Positions 34,161-43,164 of a stretch of DNA of 64,000 nt are shown here, piece after piece. The notes under the pieces are model-generated. The model was not told the origin of the DNA. It ran no database searches and worked only from the letters and a program-made list of their open reading frames with translations. Positions within the stretch are counted from its first letter, which is position 1, and each line of letters opens with the position of its first letter. The position numbers and the translations under genes were made by a program. Source of the DNA: a phage; the sequence record PZ496580.1; one strand, given 5' to 3'.

Positions 34161-35300
34161 ATGACACAAGAGATAGAATTACGCAATACTGGAATTAAGT
34201 TTGCGCATTTCGATGAGGACTCCGCGACATTTACCAGCATTTCAGAAAATAACTCTGTAATGTATAAACTTGAGGTTAGAGGATCTAATGCGGATTCTAC
34301 CAAACCAGCAAGGATTAGATTTAATGGAGTGGAGATCGTTGGCACTGGTTATGAAAATGGCCTAAATTTTAAAGTTCTTACTCCAACTGGACAATTACAC
34401 GAAGAAAAGGTATTCTATGGTCGAGGTGCTGTTTTGGCAATGCGTGATTATCTTTCTTTGCTGAAAGGTGATTATATCATTGCGATGGCAACGCATGGAG
34501 AATTGTTTGCAGATCCGGTAAGTGATGATGTATTTTCTAAGCTGGGATCGGTATCATTCCCGAATCACATTTTGCTACAGCAAATGCCTCGTGTATCATA
34601 TGCAGCAATTTATTCTACGAAAATGGGTAAAATTGTTTGTGAAGGTATGCAAGCGACCCACGGGGAAGGACAAGATTCATCTATACAAATTGAGAAGGTT
34701 TATGATACTATAGATGATCTTGCTATAACAGGAACACCACAACGATTTTTAGATTATCCGGTTGAATATGTTAGCGAAGATGCCGAACATTTCGAGCTAG
34801 TACAATGGCCTCATGATGAGATCAGCGCACCACTTGAATATTTTAACATAAAGGCAGGTGACAAACTATCAATATCTTTTGAATTGTTCCGTGATAGTGC
34901 CGCAGCCGCAGCCAACGTAACAGCGCGTTTCTATCACAACTACTTCACCGATGGACAATATAAAACTGGTGTTCGATACAATGCCAGCAAAAAAGATCAA
35001 TGGGAAAAGTTTGAAGCCGTCTATACCGTACCGGAAGGAGTTGATAGTGTAGTAACTGGTTGCGTTAGATATCCAACCAACTCCAATGAAGGTATTGTTA
35101 AAGTTAGAAACATACTAATAACGCCGATCAGTGGAGTCGTCAAAACTACTGGTCCTACTTCATTTGGTGTTAATGGTGTTAGAACAACTCATATTCAGGA
35201 TAACGGTGATTTTACTAACCCTGTAATGAGTCTTCTTAAACTACCCAGAGACAATAAACATATCACATCCAACAACTTTAAAGAGTTCGATGTTGATTAA
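34161..35300 (+). CDS. 35: long tail fibre hinge connector
   Basis: 379 aa (T4 gp35 ~372) located between 34 and 36. Confidence 0.7.
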   Translation: MTQEIELRNTGIKFAHFDEDSATFTSISENNSVMYKLEVRGSNADSTKPARIRFNGVEIVGTGYENGLNFKVLTPTGQLHEEKVFYGRGAVLAMRDYLSLLKGDYIIAMATHGELFADPVSDDVFSKLGSVSFPNHILLQQMPRVSYAAIYSTKMGKIVCEGMQATHGEGQDSSIQIEKVYDTIDDLAITGTPQRFLDYPVEYVSEDAEHFELVQWPHDEISAPLEYFNIKAGDKLSISFELFRDSAAAAANVTARFYHNYFTDGQYKTGVRYNASKKDQWEKFEAVYTVPEGVDSVVTGCVRYPTNSNEGIVKVRNILITPISGVVKTTGPTSFGVNGVRTTHIQDNGDFTNPVMSLLKLPRDNKHITSNNFKEFDVD

Positions 35301-35310
35301 CATTTTTAAC

Positions 35311-35340
35311 AAGCCGATCCATGTGGTCGGCTTTATTTTT
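35311..35340 (+). terminator. intrinsic terminator after gene 35
   Basis: approx; AAGCCGA-loop-TCGGCTT followed by TTTATTTTT. Confidence 0.6.
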
Positions 35341-35461
35341 ATACAGTTGGTTAAATTATAACCAAAACGAAGAAAGATCTTTAGAATATAGAAAAGTTTG
35401 TTTCGGTTAAAAATTAGTCAGTGCCTACGGCACGTCGCGAAGCGATATTTTGTTAACATTC

Positions 35462-35469
35462 TATAAATA
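35462..35469 (+). promoter_or_regulatory. T4-type late promoter
   Basis: exact TATAAATA ~34 nt upstream of gp36 ATG. Confidence 0.7.
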
Positions 35470-35502
35470 CTCGGAACTATAACTAATTTTTGAGGTTACT
35501 TT

Positions 35503-36993
35503 ATGGCAGATTTGAAACATGGATCTACTGTAGGCGGATCTCCCATTTGGACGCAAGGAAACTTGACGATCCAGCCAGCGGGAGATCAGCTTTTCTACAA
35601 AGGTCATAAAATCTATACCGCTTTTGATAGACCTTCGGCTACCGATTTTGATGCTGTTAGTGCATCCGAAGGTGGCACATTTCAAAAGCAAGTTCATTTC
35701 GAGGAAGGTTTAAGCGTAGGTAGCGCATCGGCTGGAGAAACCAAAAAGAATGGTATCTTTAAAGGCCAGAGTGATGCTGCTAATTTTGACGGCGTAAGCT
35801 GGGGTTTGCATTCATGGAAGTCAATCGGCTTTGTTAATGCCCGTGATGGCGTTATCATGGCGTATATTGACACCACAACGGGCGAATTTAAGTCTAAAGG
35901 GACTATCGAAGGGACAACCATTAAAGACACAGGTCAACGCGTCTACAGCCCTGTTAATAAACCGACGAATAATGATTTGGATTTGGTTTCCCGTCGCGGT
36001 GATACTCTCACAGGAACATATAATTTAAACACTGTCACTGTTAAACTATCGGTTGATTCGAAATTAATTGCAAGGGAACGTGATTTAATTAATTTTGATG
36101 CGACTAAGATCTATTATGGTAACGTTCTTGATACGTTGGTCTTCCGAAGTAAAGATGAGCCTACCATTTTTGTTAATGGCAAAGAAGGTCGTTTTTATCA
36201 CACCAACAATAAACCAACTAAAGCCGATGTTGGACTAGGCAATGTCACCAATGATGCACAGGTTAAACGTGCTGGTGATATTATGGAAGGTAACTTGCAA
36301 GCGCCTAGAATGTTGGCGACAAACGATCCTGCTGGTCCTAATGAATTGGTTCGTTTGAGCTACTTTGAGAAAAAATCAATGGTAGCAAATCCAACCATCA
36401 TTGGAAACGTTGATTGGAACACTCTTATTAATCGCGGTATCTATCGTGTGGAAAATGCTGGGTCAGGTACTAACAAACCGTCTGATAGCTATTATAACGG
36501 CGTTTTGATGGTATATCGCCCAGAAGATGCGGTCGGTACTCGTCGAATTGTTCAGGTTTATTATCCTGAATCTATTGACCATCCGATGTGCTGGCGTTCT
36601 TGTTCTAATGAATCATGGACTGCATGGAACTATGTAGATCACCGTAAATTAGCCGATATTCGCTATGTTAACGTAACTGGCGATACCATGACAGGACAGT
36701 TAACTGTTCCGGCTGCAAATGGCGTTAAAACGGCTAGAGGTGCATATAATGGTGATAACTACTATGCTGGGTTAAATAGTGCTGATGGCACGGCTATGAT
36801 TCACCGTATCAGCGATATTAAAGCCACCGAAAAATTGGGTATTACGCACGATTCTAAAGCTGTTTTCATTAAAGCGCGTGGAAATACTCAAGACACAGAC
36901 CGCTATGAACTTTACCACGAAGGCCATAAACCGACACCCGCAGAGGTTGGCGCGGTTCCACTTAATGCGGTGATTGATTTTGGTACTTTCTAA
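35503..36993 (+). CDS. 36: long tail fibre distal connector (enlarged)
   Basis: 496 aa; N-terminus MADLKHGSTVGGSPIW matches T4 gp36 (MADLKVGSTTGGSVIW) but protein is >2x longer. Confidence 0.8.
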   Translation: MADLKHGSTVGGSPIWTQGNLTIQPAGDQLFYKGHKIYTAFDRPSATDFDAVSASEGGTFQKQVHFEEGLSVGSASAGETKKNGIFKGQSDAANFDGVSWGLHSWKSIGFVNARDGVIMAYIDTTTGEFKSKGTIEGTTIKDTGQRVYSPVNKPTNNDLDLVSRRGDTLTGTYNLNTVTVKLSVDSKLIARERDLINFDATKIYYGNVLDTLVFRSKDEPTIFVNGKEGRFYHTNNKPTKADVGLGNVTNDAQVKRAGDIMEGNLQAPRMLATNDPAGPNELVRLSYFEKKSMVANPTIIGNVDWNTLINRGIYRVENAGSGTNKPSDSYYNGVLMVYRPEDAVGTRRIVQVYYPESIDHPMCWRSCSNESWTAWNYVDHRKLADIRYVNVTGDTMTGQLTVPAANGVKTARGAYNGDNYYAGLNSADGTAMIHRISDIKATEKLGITHDSKAVFIKARGNTQDTDRYELYHEGHKPTPAEVGAVPLNAVIDFGTF

Positions 36994-36997
36994 TTTT

Positions 36998-37024
36998 AGC
37001 GGGGAGATAATCCCCGCTTTTCTA
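36998..37024 (+). terminator. intrinsic terminator after gene 36
   Basis: approx; AGCGGGGA-GATAA-TCCCCGCT followed by TTTTCT. Confidence 0.5.
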
Positions 37025-37028
37025 AATA
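37021..37028 (+). promoter_or_regulatory. possible late promoter variant
   Basis: approx; TCTAAATA (one mismatch to TATAAATA) ~36 nt upstream of gp37 ATG. Confidence 0.25.
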
Positions 37029-37063
37029 ATATTATTCTAATAACCGTTTAAGGATTTTATAAA

Positions 37064-39976
37064 ATGGCAGATTTAAGCAGAATCCAATTTAAACGCACTA
37101 GCACTAAAGGTCGTCGACCTGATGCTGGTACGATGAATCCGGGGGAATTGGCAATCAACCTTGCGGATCAATATCTTCTTACTAAAAATGATTCCGGTGC
37201 TATTATCAATTTAAGTTGTCCTCCGGTTTATGACCGCGATGTTACAATGGCTGGTAAAGTTAAAGGTAATAATTATATCTTAAGTAAAACCGCTAACTAT
37301 TTGGAAGACCAGACAGCGAGAGACCTTAACTACTTTGGTGCTTTCCGTACCAATGGTCTTGATGGCTTTCTCGAACTCACGCTAAACGTTCCTCATTCTT
37401 CTGGTGTTCAGCATGGTCGAGGATTTACTTTCCAGTATGGACACACTGGATCACGAGTAGAAACCTATGGCTATAATAGAGAAGGTCAAAAAGCATTTAG
37501 CTATAAAATGTATCACGAAGGTGATAAACCAACTCCTGGAGAATTGAACGTTTACAGCAAACAAGAAGTTGACCGTATGTTTGTTAAAAACGTTAAACTT
37601 GCTACAGTTCCTGTTGATACCGTTGAAGGCTATTTTAAATTAGCAACTGCAATGATTCCACAAAACGGTCGTAGCGTATTTTTCCGTATTCATGGCGGCA
37701 ACGGATATAATGTTACTGCATACGATCAAGTTGATATTGTAGAAATTGTTATTCGCAGTGGAAATAATCGCCCTAAAAGTGTTAACGTTATTGCATATCG
37801 CCGAAATACAAACAAATCATTTGATGTTTTGGCTGTTAATACTTCTGGTGATAACTATGATATCTATGTGAAATATCAGCGTTACACTGATAACGTTATT
37901 GTTGAATTTGGTAAAAGTGTTGATGTTAATCTGGTAGTTCATGACGTTCCAGACTTTGTTGCTGACCGTCCTGCTGGCGATAATGTTATTGGCGGTCGCG
38001 CGGTAACTCTTTTCAACACCGAAAACAAACGCGGTGTATTGAGTTTTGACGATAACACACAAAATAGTTATGATATTGTTCACTTGAGTAATGATAAAGG
38101 TACTGGACGAAAATATATTCGTAAATTCCGTAGCAACTATAACGAAATGATCTGGCATGAGACTGTTCAAGGTAATACATATCGATTGGCAACCGGAACG
38201 ACTGATGCATCGGAAGTTTTTAGAATTACTAGTCGCACCATGTTTACTGGTAAAGGTGTATTTGATGCCGGACAAAACGTTCTTAGATTAGAGCGTCCTA
38301 GTAACCAATCAAACTATATTGAATGGCAAGATCGCCGAAATGGTGCTGATGCTCGTCAAGGTTGGATCGGTTTTGGTAGTGCTGAAACAAATAACTTCCA
38401 ATGGTATAGCGATCACGGAAAAAACTCATTCCAGTTGGATGCTAATGGTCAATGCTCTATTACTACTGGTGCGACCAAAATTGTATATACCAACGGACAA
38501 TATTATTCCGCTAACTCTGATGCATATCGTATGATCTATGGCAATTACGGTGCATTCTGGCGCAATGACGGGACTAAAGTTTATCTTCTTTCCACCAAAG
38601 AAAATGACCGTTTTGGTGGATGGAACGGCAACCGACCATTCATTTACGATTTGACGACTGGTAAAGTTACTTTAGGTGGTGACGGTAACGAAGGTGCATT
38701 AGTTCTTGAAAGAGATAGCCGTGCGGCTAGATTTGCTGGCGACATTTACGTTGGCAAAGGGATGTTAACATTTGATGCCGGACGATTAAATTCTCGTGAT
38801 TACTTCCGGTTTAACCATTGGGGCGATAGCAATAACGCGCGTGATAACATCCTACAGCTTGACGATAGCAAAGGTGCACACTTCACCACTGAACGTACTT
38901 TAGCAACTGGTGCGATTAAAACTAAATTCTTCGGTGATTTGGAATCTGCTGGTCAGATTAAATGGGGTAAAGGGACCGCCACATCTACGTTTACTATACG
39001 TGTTTGGGGTGCTGATGCTCGTAAACAAATATTTGAATGCGGCGATGAAAGCGGGTGGCATTGGTATACACAGCGTGCTGGTGGACCGGGAACTCCCGCA
39101 ATTGATTTTAGTATTAACGGTACTGTAAGGCCGCAAACTATGGATTGTGGCGGTAATATCACCCTTCGTGGTGCTGATATTGAATTTAAACGAAGCGGTA
39201 ACAAGCATTTATGGTTTAGAGATCCAAACGGATTAGAATTGGGTTTGATTTATTGTGATGATGCTGGTGTTATTCGTGTCCGTGGTGAGAAGTCGACCGA
39301 AGTATGGAAATTCTCGGCAAAACAGATTCATTTAGAAACGGGTACTGCCGGAAATGGTGTAGGCTTGCTTCGTGGTGCTGTAGGTGGTGGCGCATGGACT
39401 CAATGGAGAGATCGTGGTACTGGTTTGCAGGTTGACTGTCAGCAATCAGAAAACTCAGCACACAACATATGGCGAGCGACTCATCAAGGCAAATACCATC
39501 TTGCAGCAATGGGTGTTCATGCATCCGGTGGTAGTGTTGCTAATACCGTTGTTAGATTACATGTCCATGACTCAAACTATGATTTCACTGCGGTTGGTGA
39601 CTTCACCGCAGGTCGTAACGGTTCGTTTAACGATGTGTACATTCGTTCTGATGCTCGCCTTAAAATCAACAAGGAAGAGTATAAGGAGAATGCCACCGAT
39701 AAAGTTAATCGCTTGACGGTATATACCTATGACAAGGTTAAATCTTTAACCGACCGTACTGTCATTGCTCATGAAGTTGGTATTATTGCTCAGGATCTTG
39801 AGAAAGAATTGCCAGAAGCAGTAACAACCTCGAAGATCGGCGACGGTGATACACCAGAAGAGATCTTAACAATTTCTAACTCTGCTGTCAACGCTCTTTT
39901 AATTAAGGCGTTTCAGGAAATGAGCGAAGAATTGAAAGCCGTTAAAGCTGAACTAGCGGAACTTAAAAAGAATTAA
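37064..39976 (+). CDS. 37: long tail fibre distal subunit with C-terminal intramolecular chaperone domain
   Basis: 970 aa; N-terminus MADLSRIQFKRTSTKGRRP..GELAINL matches T4 gp37; C-terminal ~110 aa has SDARLK...GIIAQDL...coiled coil typical of S74-type auto-cleaving chaperone. Confidence 0.85.
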   Translation: MADLSRIQFKRTSTKGRRPDAGTMNPGELAINLADQYLLTKNDSGAIINLSCPPVYDRDVTMAGKVKGNNYILSKTANYLEDQTARDLNYFGAFRTNGLDGFLELTLNVPHSSGVQHGRGFTFQYGHTGSRVETYGYNREGQKAFSYKMYHEGDKPTPGELNVYSKQEVDRMFVKNVKLATVPVDTVEGYFKLATAMIPQNGRSVFFRIHGGNGYNVTAYDQVDIVEIVIRSGNNRPKSVNVIAYRRNTNKSFDVLAVNTSGDNYDIYVKYQRYTDNVIVEFGKSVDVNLVVHDVPDFVADRPAGDNVIGGRAVTLFNTENKRGVLSFDDNTQNSYDIVHLSNDKGTGRKYIRKFRSNYNEMIWHETVQGNTYRLATGTTDASEVFRITSRTMFTGKGVFDAGQNVLRLERPSNQSNYIEWQDRRNGADARQGWIGFGSAETNNFQWYSDHGKNSFQLDANGQCSITTGATKIVYTNGQYYSANSDAYRMIYGNYGAFWRNDGTKVYLLSTKENDRFGGWNGNRPFIYDLTTGKVTLGGDGNEGALVLERDSRAARFAGDIYVGKGMLTFDAGRLNSRDYFRFNHWGDSNNARDNILQLDDSKGAHFTTERTLATGAIKTKFFGDLESAGQIKWGKGTATSTFTIRVWGADARKQIFECGDESGWHWYTQRAGGPGTPAIDFSINGTVRPQTMDCGGNITLRGADIEFKRSGNKHLWFRDPNGLELGLIYCDDAGVIRVRGEKSTEVWKFSAKQIHLETGTAGNGVGLLRGAVGGGAWTQWRDRGTGLQVDCQQSENSAHNIWRATHQGKYHLAAMGVHASGGSVANTVVRLHVHDSNYDFTAVGDFTAGRNGSFNDVYIRSDARLKINKEEYKENATDKVNRLTVYTYDKVKSLTDRTVIAHEVGIIAQDLEKELPEAVTTSKIGDGDTPEEILTISNSAVNALLIKAFQEMSEELKAVKAELAELKKN

Positions 39977-40018
39977 GGAAAACTCCCAGGGAAGGGAAAC
40001 TACTAAGGAGAAACGGCT

Positions 40019-40258
40019 ATGGTCTATAATATCGTCATTGGTGCTTTGTCTAGTTTCGGAATGAAACTATTGTCAAAGTTAATTAGTGAAAAGATGCTCA
40101 CTAAAATTTTCTTCTATTGCGCTCGTCGTCTTGCGGCTTATACCAATACGCCAATTGATGATCGTTTTGTGGAAGAACTTTATAAGGAGTTTAATAAAGA
40201 TCAGTCAGAAGATAGTAACGAGCAAGATAAACCTAGTGATAGTCAACTACCTAAATAA
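40019..40258 (+). CDS. hypothetical small membrane-associated protein
   Basis: 79 aa; hydrophobic N-terminus; AAGGAGA SD; occupies the slot where gp38 would be expected but is unrelated in size. Confidence 0.45.
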   Translation: MVYNIVIGALSSFGMKLLSKLISEKMLTKIFFYCARRLAAYTNTPIDDRFVEELYKEFNKDQSEDSNEQDKPSDSQLPK

Positions 40259-40291
40259 GAGTACACTGTCATAGTTATCTTAGGGCATTAT

Positions 40292-40948
40292 ATGCAAGTT
40301 TCTGAAAAAGAGAAAGACTTTGCTATCTCAAATGTCCTGCGCGCTATTTTCACAACTAAAAGCACGGAGTTGCTCGTACTTCGTGTTTTTGCTGCCGTCG
40401 TGTTGTCCATATTAGCATTTGTCGTTTATAGTAAAAACGAGTTATTTGCGCTTTATAAAGAGACTCGTTATGAGACTTATGCTCACGTTCTCCAGGTAGA
40501 GAAAGACCGCAATTTTGATAATGCAGCACAGGAGCAGTTACAGATAGTTCATGTGTCGGCTGATGCCGATTTTTCTGCTGTTTTTAGTTTTCGTCCGAAA
40601 AACCTAAACTATTTTGTTGATTTGGTGGCATATGAAGGAAAGCTACCGCATACGATCGATGAAAAGAATTTAGGCGGATTCCCTATCAATAAAACGAGTG
40701 AAGAATATCGTAGGCATCTTTTAGGTAAATCCTATTTTACTGATAAAGATTTCCAGTATATTCCATCGAGGGAGAAAAAATTAGAGAATATCGATATAGG
40801 ATTCATGTATTCTTGTCCTATATTCAATCTCGATAATGTCTATTCTGGTAGTATCGCCATTGCATGGAAGAATAAACCGGATATTGACATTGAGAATTTA
40901 GATACTCTTTGCAATCAATCTGCCAGAATCCTCGGAAGGATTAGATAA
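40292..40948 (+). CDS. t: holin
   Basis: 218 aa; collinear with T4 holin T (LEQLQIVH.S.EADFSAVYSFRPKNLNYFVD..AYEGKLP...ARILGR). Confidence 0.9.
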   Translation: MQVSEKEKDFAISNVLRAIFTTKSTELLVLRVFAAVVLSILAFVVYSKNELFALYKETRYETYAHVLQVEKDRNFDNAAQEQLQIVHVSADADFSAVFSFRPKNLNYFVDLVAYEGKLPHTIDEKNLGGFPINKTSEEYRRHLLGKSYFTDKDFQYIPSREKKLENIDIGFMYSCPIFNLDNVYSGSIAIAWKNKPDIDIENLDTLCNQSARILGRIR

Positions 40949-40951
40949 CTT

Positions 40952-40988
40952 AAAGGGGAAGCCTTTCGGCCTCCCCTTCTTTTTTATT
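40952..40988. terminator. bidirectional intrinsic terminator between t and convergent minus-strand genes
   Basis: approx; GGGGAAGCC-TTTC-GGCCTCCCC followed by TTCTTTTTTATT. Confidence 0.6.
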
Positions 40989-41232
40989 GGTGCATAGAAG
41001 CCCCTGAATCACATTTTGACGCTGTATGATGAAAACAGGTAGCGTACCAGTCATCGGCTTGTTTGTCTTCGTCAGAAAACGCGTAATTTCGTTGTATACC
41101 GTTTTCTACTTTGACCAGTGCAATAGCTGTTTCTGGAAGATCAATCAATCGAACAAAATCACCATCTTCCCACTCTACACGAGCAATATCATAGCCCATC
41201 TCAAAATAAACAATCGCTTGTTCTAATTTCAT
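40984..41232 (-). CDS. hypothetical protein (82 aa)
   Basis: ORF track. Confidence 0.4.
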   Translation of the reverse strand: MKLEQAIVYFEMGYDIARVEWEDGDFVRLIDLPETAIALVKVENGIQRNYAFSDEDKQADDWYATCFHHTASKCDSGASMHQ

Positions 41233-41576
41233 TCTGGAAACTTCCCGTAAATGTTCTCTGCCAGCTTACGTGCATCGCTAATAATATCTTTCATGTGATG
41301 GTCGTATTGCTTTGCCATAATAAGAATACAATCAATGAAGAATGAATAACGTCTAGAATTTACTAAAAAGTTTTTACCTAGTGAATCAAACGGATCTAGA
41401 TCATCAAGTTCGATAGATTCTCTAACTTTAGACAATTCTTTCATTACAAGGTTTACATCGTTTATAATATCTTTTGATTTATATGCGCCTTTCTTTAACA
41501 ATATGGCGGTCAATTCTGACGCAGTTTCTTGAAATTCTTTCTGATAAGCTGAGTTTACATCATCGATATTAAACAT
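41229..41576 (-). CDS. hypothetical protein, tandem paralog 1 (MFN..D ... ENIYG)
   Basis: 115 aa; shares N- and C-terminal motifs with 41586..41918. Confidence 0.45.
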   Translation of the reverse strand: MFNIDDVNSAYQKEFQETASELTAILLKKGAYKSKDIINDVNLVMKELSKVRESIELDDLDPFDSLGKNFLVNSRRYSFFIDCILIMAKQYDHHMKDIISDARKLAENIYGKFPE

Positions 41577-41585
41577 AATCGCCTC

Positions 41586-41918
41586 TCAAATATTGCCGTA
41601 AATGTTTTCAGTCATGGTTCTTGCTTCTTCCAGCATTTTGGTCATGCTCATGGTGTAGTTGTTATCTCGTACAGACTTAATAACGACAAGCAAGGAATCT
41701 AGGAAAACTTTATATACTCTCCATTTTACGCTATTGTTGAATAGTTTTATATCTTCTACTTTATCGATCAGATAACCTAAAACAGATAGCGCCTCGTTCA
41801 CTTCTTCCGTTACTTTACTGCCACTAAACCAGATGGGGTAAAGCTGGATTGACAGCGACCGTGCTGCCTCTTTCAGTTCGGTCGCCTTCCATGATTCATA
41901 TTGATCAAAGTTAAACAT
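41586..41918 (-). CDS. hypothetical protein, tandem paralog 2
   Basis: 110 aa; MFNFDQYESW...TENIYGNI. Confidence 0.45.
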   Translation of the reverse strand: MFNFDQYESWKATELKEAARSLSIQLYPIWFSGSKVTEEVNEALSVLGYLIDKVEDIKLFNNSVKWRVYKVFLDSLLVVIKSVRDNNYTMSMTKMLEEARTMTENIYGNI

Positions 41919-41930
41919 TATAGAATACCC

Positions 41931-42263
41931 TTACAGATGAAAACCTGTTACGATCACCGCGTCGATCATACCGCTAGGGATAAACGGTTCACCCTCTTTT
42001 ATCTCAACTTTGAATTGATGCCATTTCGCTAATACTTCTTCCGGTACACCCAGCGATTCGGCATCTGCTTTAGTTTCATCCATAATCCAACTAGGCTGCA
42101 TGAGAGCATAGTTTACATAGTCCATTTCTGGGGTCATGTCATCAATGTTAATATATTTGCAGTTGACGCGTTTCAGAATTTCAAATTCTTTATCATCAAC
42201 CTGTACCATGTACAATTCGGTAGTTTCTGGAATCAGTTCCCATACAATCAGTACATTTTTCAT
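41931..42263 (-). CDS. hypothetical protein (110 aa)
   Basis: ORF track. Confidence 0.4.
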   Translation of the reverse strand: MKNVLIVWELIPETTELYMVQVDDKEFEILKRVNCKYINIDDMTPEMDYVNYALMQPSWIMDETKADAESLGVPEEVLAKWHQFKVEIKEGEPFIPSGMIDAVIVTGFHL

Positions 42264-42271
42264 AGGTCACC

Positions 42272-42640
42272 TCACTTAACAAAGATTTTCTTTAATGCTT
42301 TCAGGATCGTTGCTTCCGGCGCTTCTTCCGGTGGAGGAAGCAATTCTACCACTTCCTCTTCCAACTCGATATAGTCTACCAGATATTCTACATAGAATGC
42401 AAGTGCTTCCATGAAATTAAATGCTACATCCGATTCACCACACGCTCCTACATGCATTGTATAAACATCACTGCGATCAAGTTTGTGGATACTGCCTAGA
42501 TAGTTCCGGTTATACCAGACTTCCCACACTTTCAGCTTTCCGGTTTTGGTTGCTGTTTTATAATCGGTTTCGTAGTGGTGCAATTGACGTTGCAGATCAT
42601 TGATAATAACACATTTTTCGTAATTGTTTTGAATTTCCAT
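42272..42640 (-). CDS. hypothetical protein (122 aa)
   Basis: ORF track. Confidence 0.4.
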   Translation of the reverse strand: MEIQNNYEKCVIINDLQRQLHHYETDYKTATKTGKLKVWEVWYNRNYLGSIHKLDRSDVYTMHVGACGESDVAFNFMEALAFYVEYLVDYIELEEEVVELLPPPEEAPEATILKALKKIFVK

Positions 42641-42650
42641 GATGTAATCC

Positions 42651-42842
42651 TCACTTATCGTTAAGAAGTTCTAAAACTTTCTGTCGTACTTTGTCAATAT
42701 TAGTTGATTCAAAAACTGTACGGTATCCCCAGCTTTGACCGTATGACCGCGAGCAATCCCCATATCCCCATTGTTCAACCTGATAGTATTCAAGGAATGG
42801 ATGTTGCCGAACTATTATACCATCGCGATTAAAAATTACCAT
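42651..42842 (-). CDS. hypothetical protein (63 aa)
   Basis: ORF track. Confidence 0.35.
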   Translation of the reverse strand: MVIFNRDGIIVRQHPFLEYYQVEQWGYGDCSRSYGQSWGYRTVFESTNIDKVRQKVLELLNDK

Positions 42843-42864
42843 AATATAATCCTCACGTCAAAAC

Positions 42865-43164
42865 TTATTTTCGGTTGTGGTCACGATATGTTTTAAAATA
42901 TCCCTCGTACCACGGTAAAACATCTGGATTTTTACCACTATACAGACTTTTAACCATCATGTCAATAAGACCGTCCGGTGTTTGATAATTACCAGCTTTT
43001 ATAAGCTCTCTGATTAAAATCTCTCTGTATATGTCTTTAGGATCTTCGTAATCAACTTGTATTGTGGTTGTTGTCTCGCTTAATTTGGTTTCTGGGGTAT
43101 CTTGCATCGCCTTCCACCAATCTTTTGTAATCTTCATGCTGTTGAATTTCATAATTATCTGCAC
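42865..43164 (-). CDS. hypothetical protein (99 aa)
   Basis: ORF track; overlaps upstream gene by 10 nt. Confidence 0.4.
   Translation of the reverse strand: MQIIMKFNSMKITKDWWKAMQDTPETKLSETTTTIQVDYEDPKDIYREILIRELIKAGNYQTPDGLIDMMVKSLYSGKNPDVLPWYEGYFKTYRDHNRK

Noticed and set aside
39977-40291. gp38 tail-fibre adhesin/chaperone gene
   Set aside because: Only a 79-aa hydrophobic ORF lies between gene 37 and holin t, far too small for gp38, and gp37 has its own C-terminal chaperone domain
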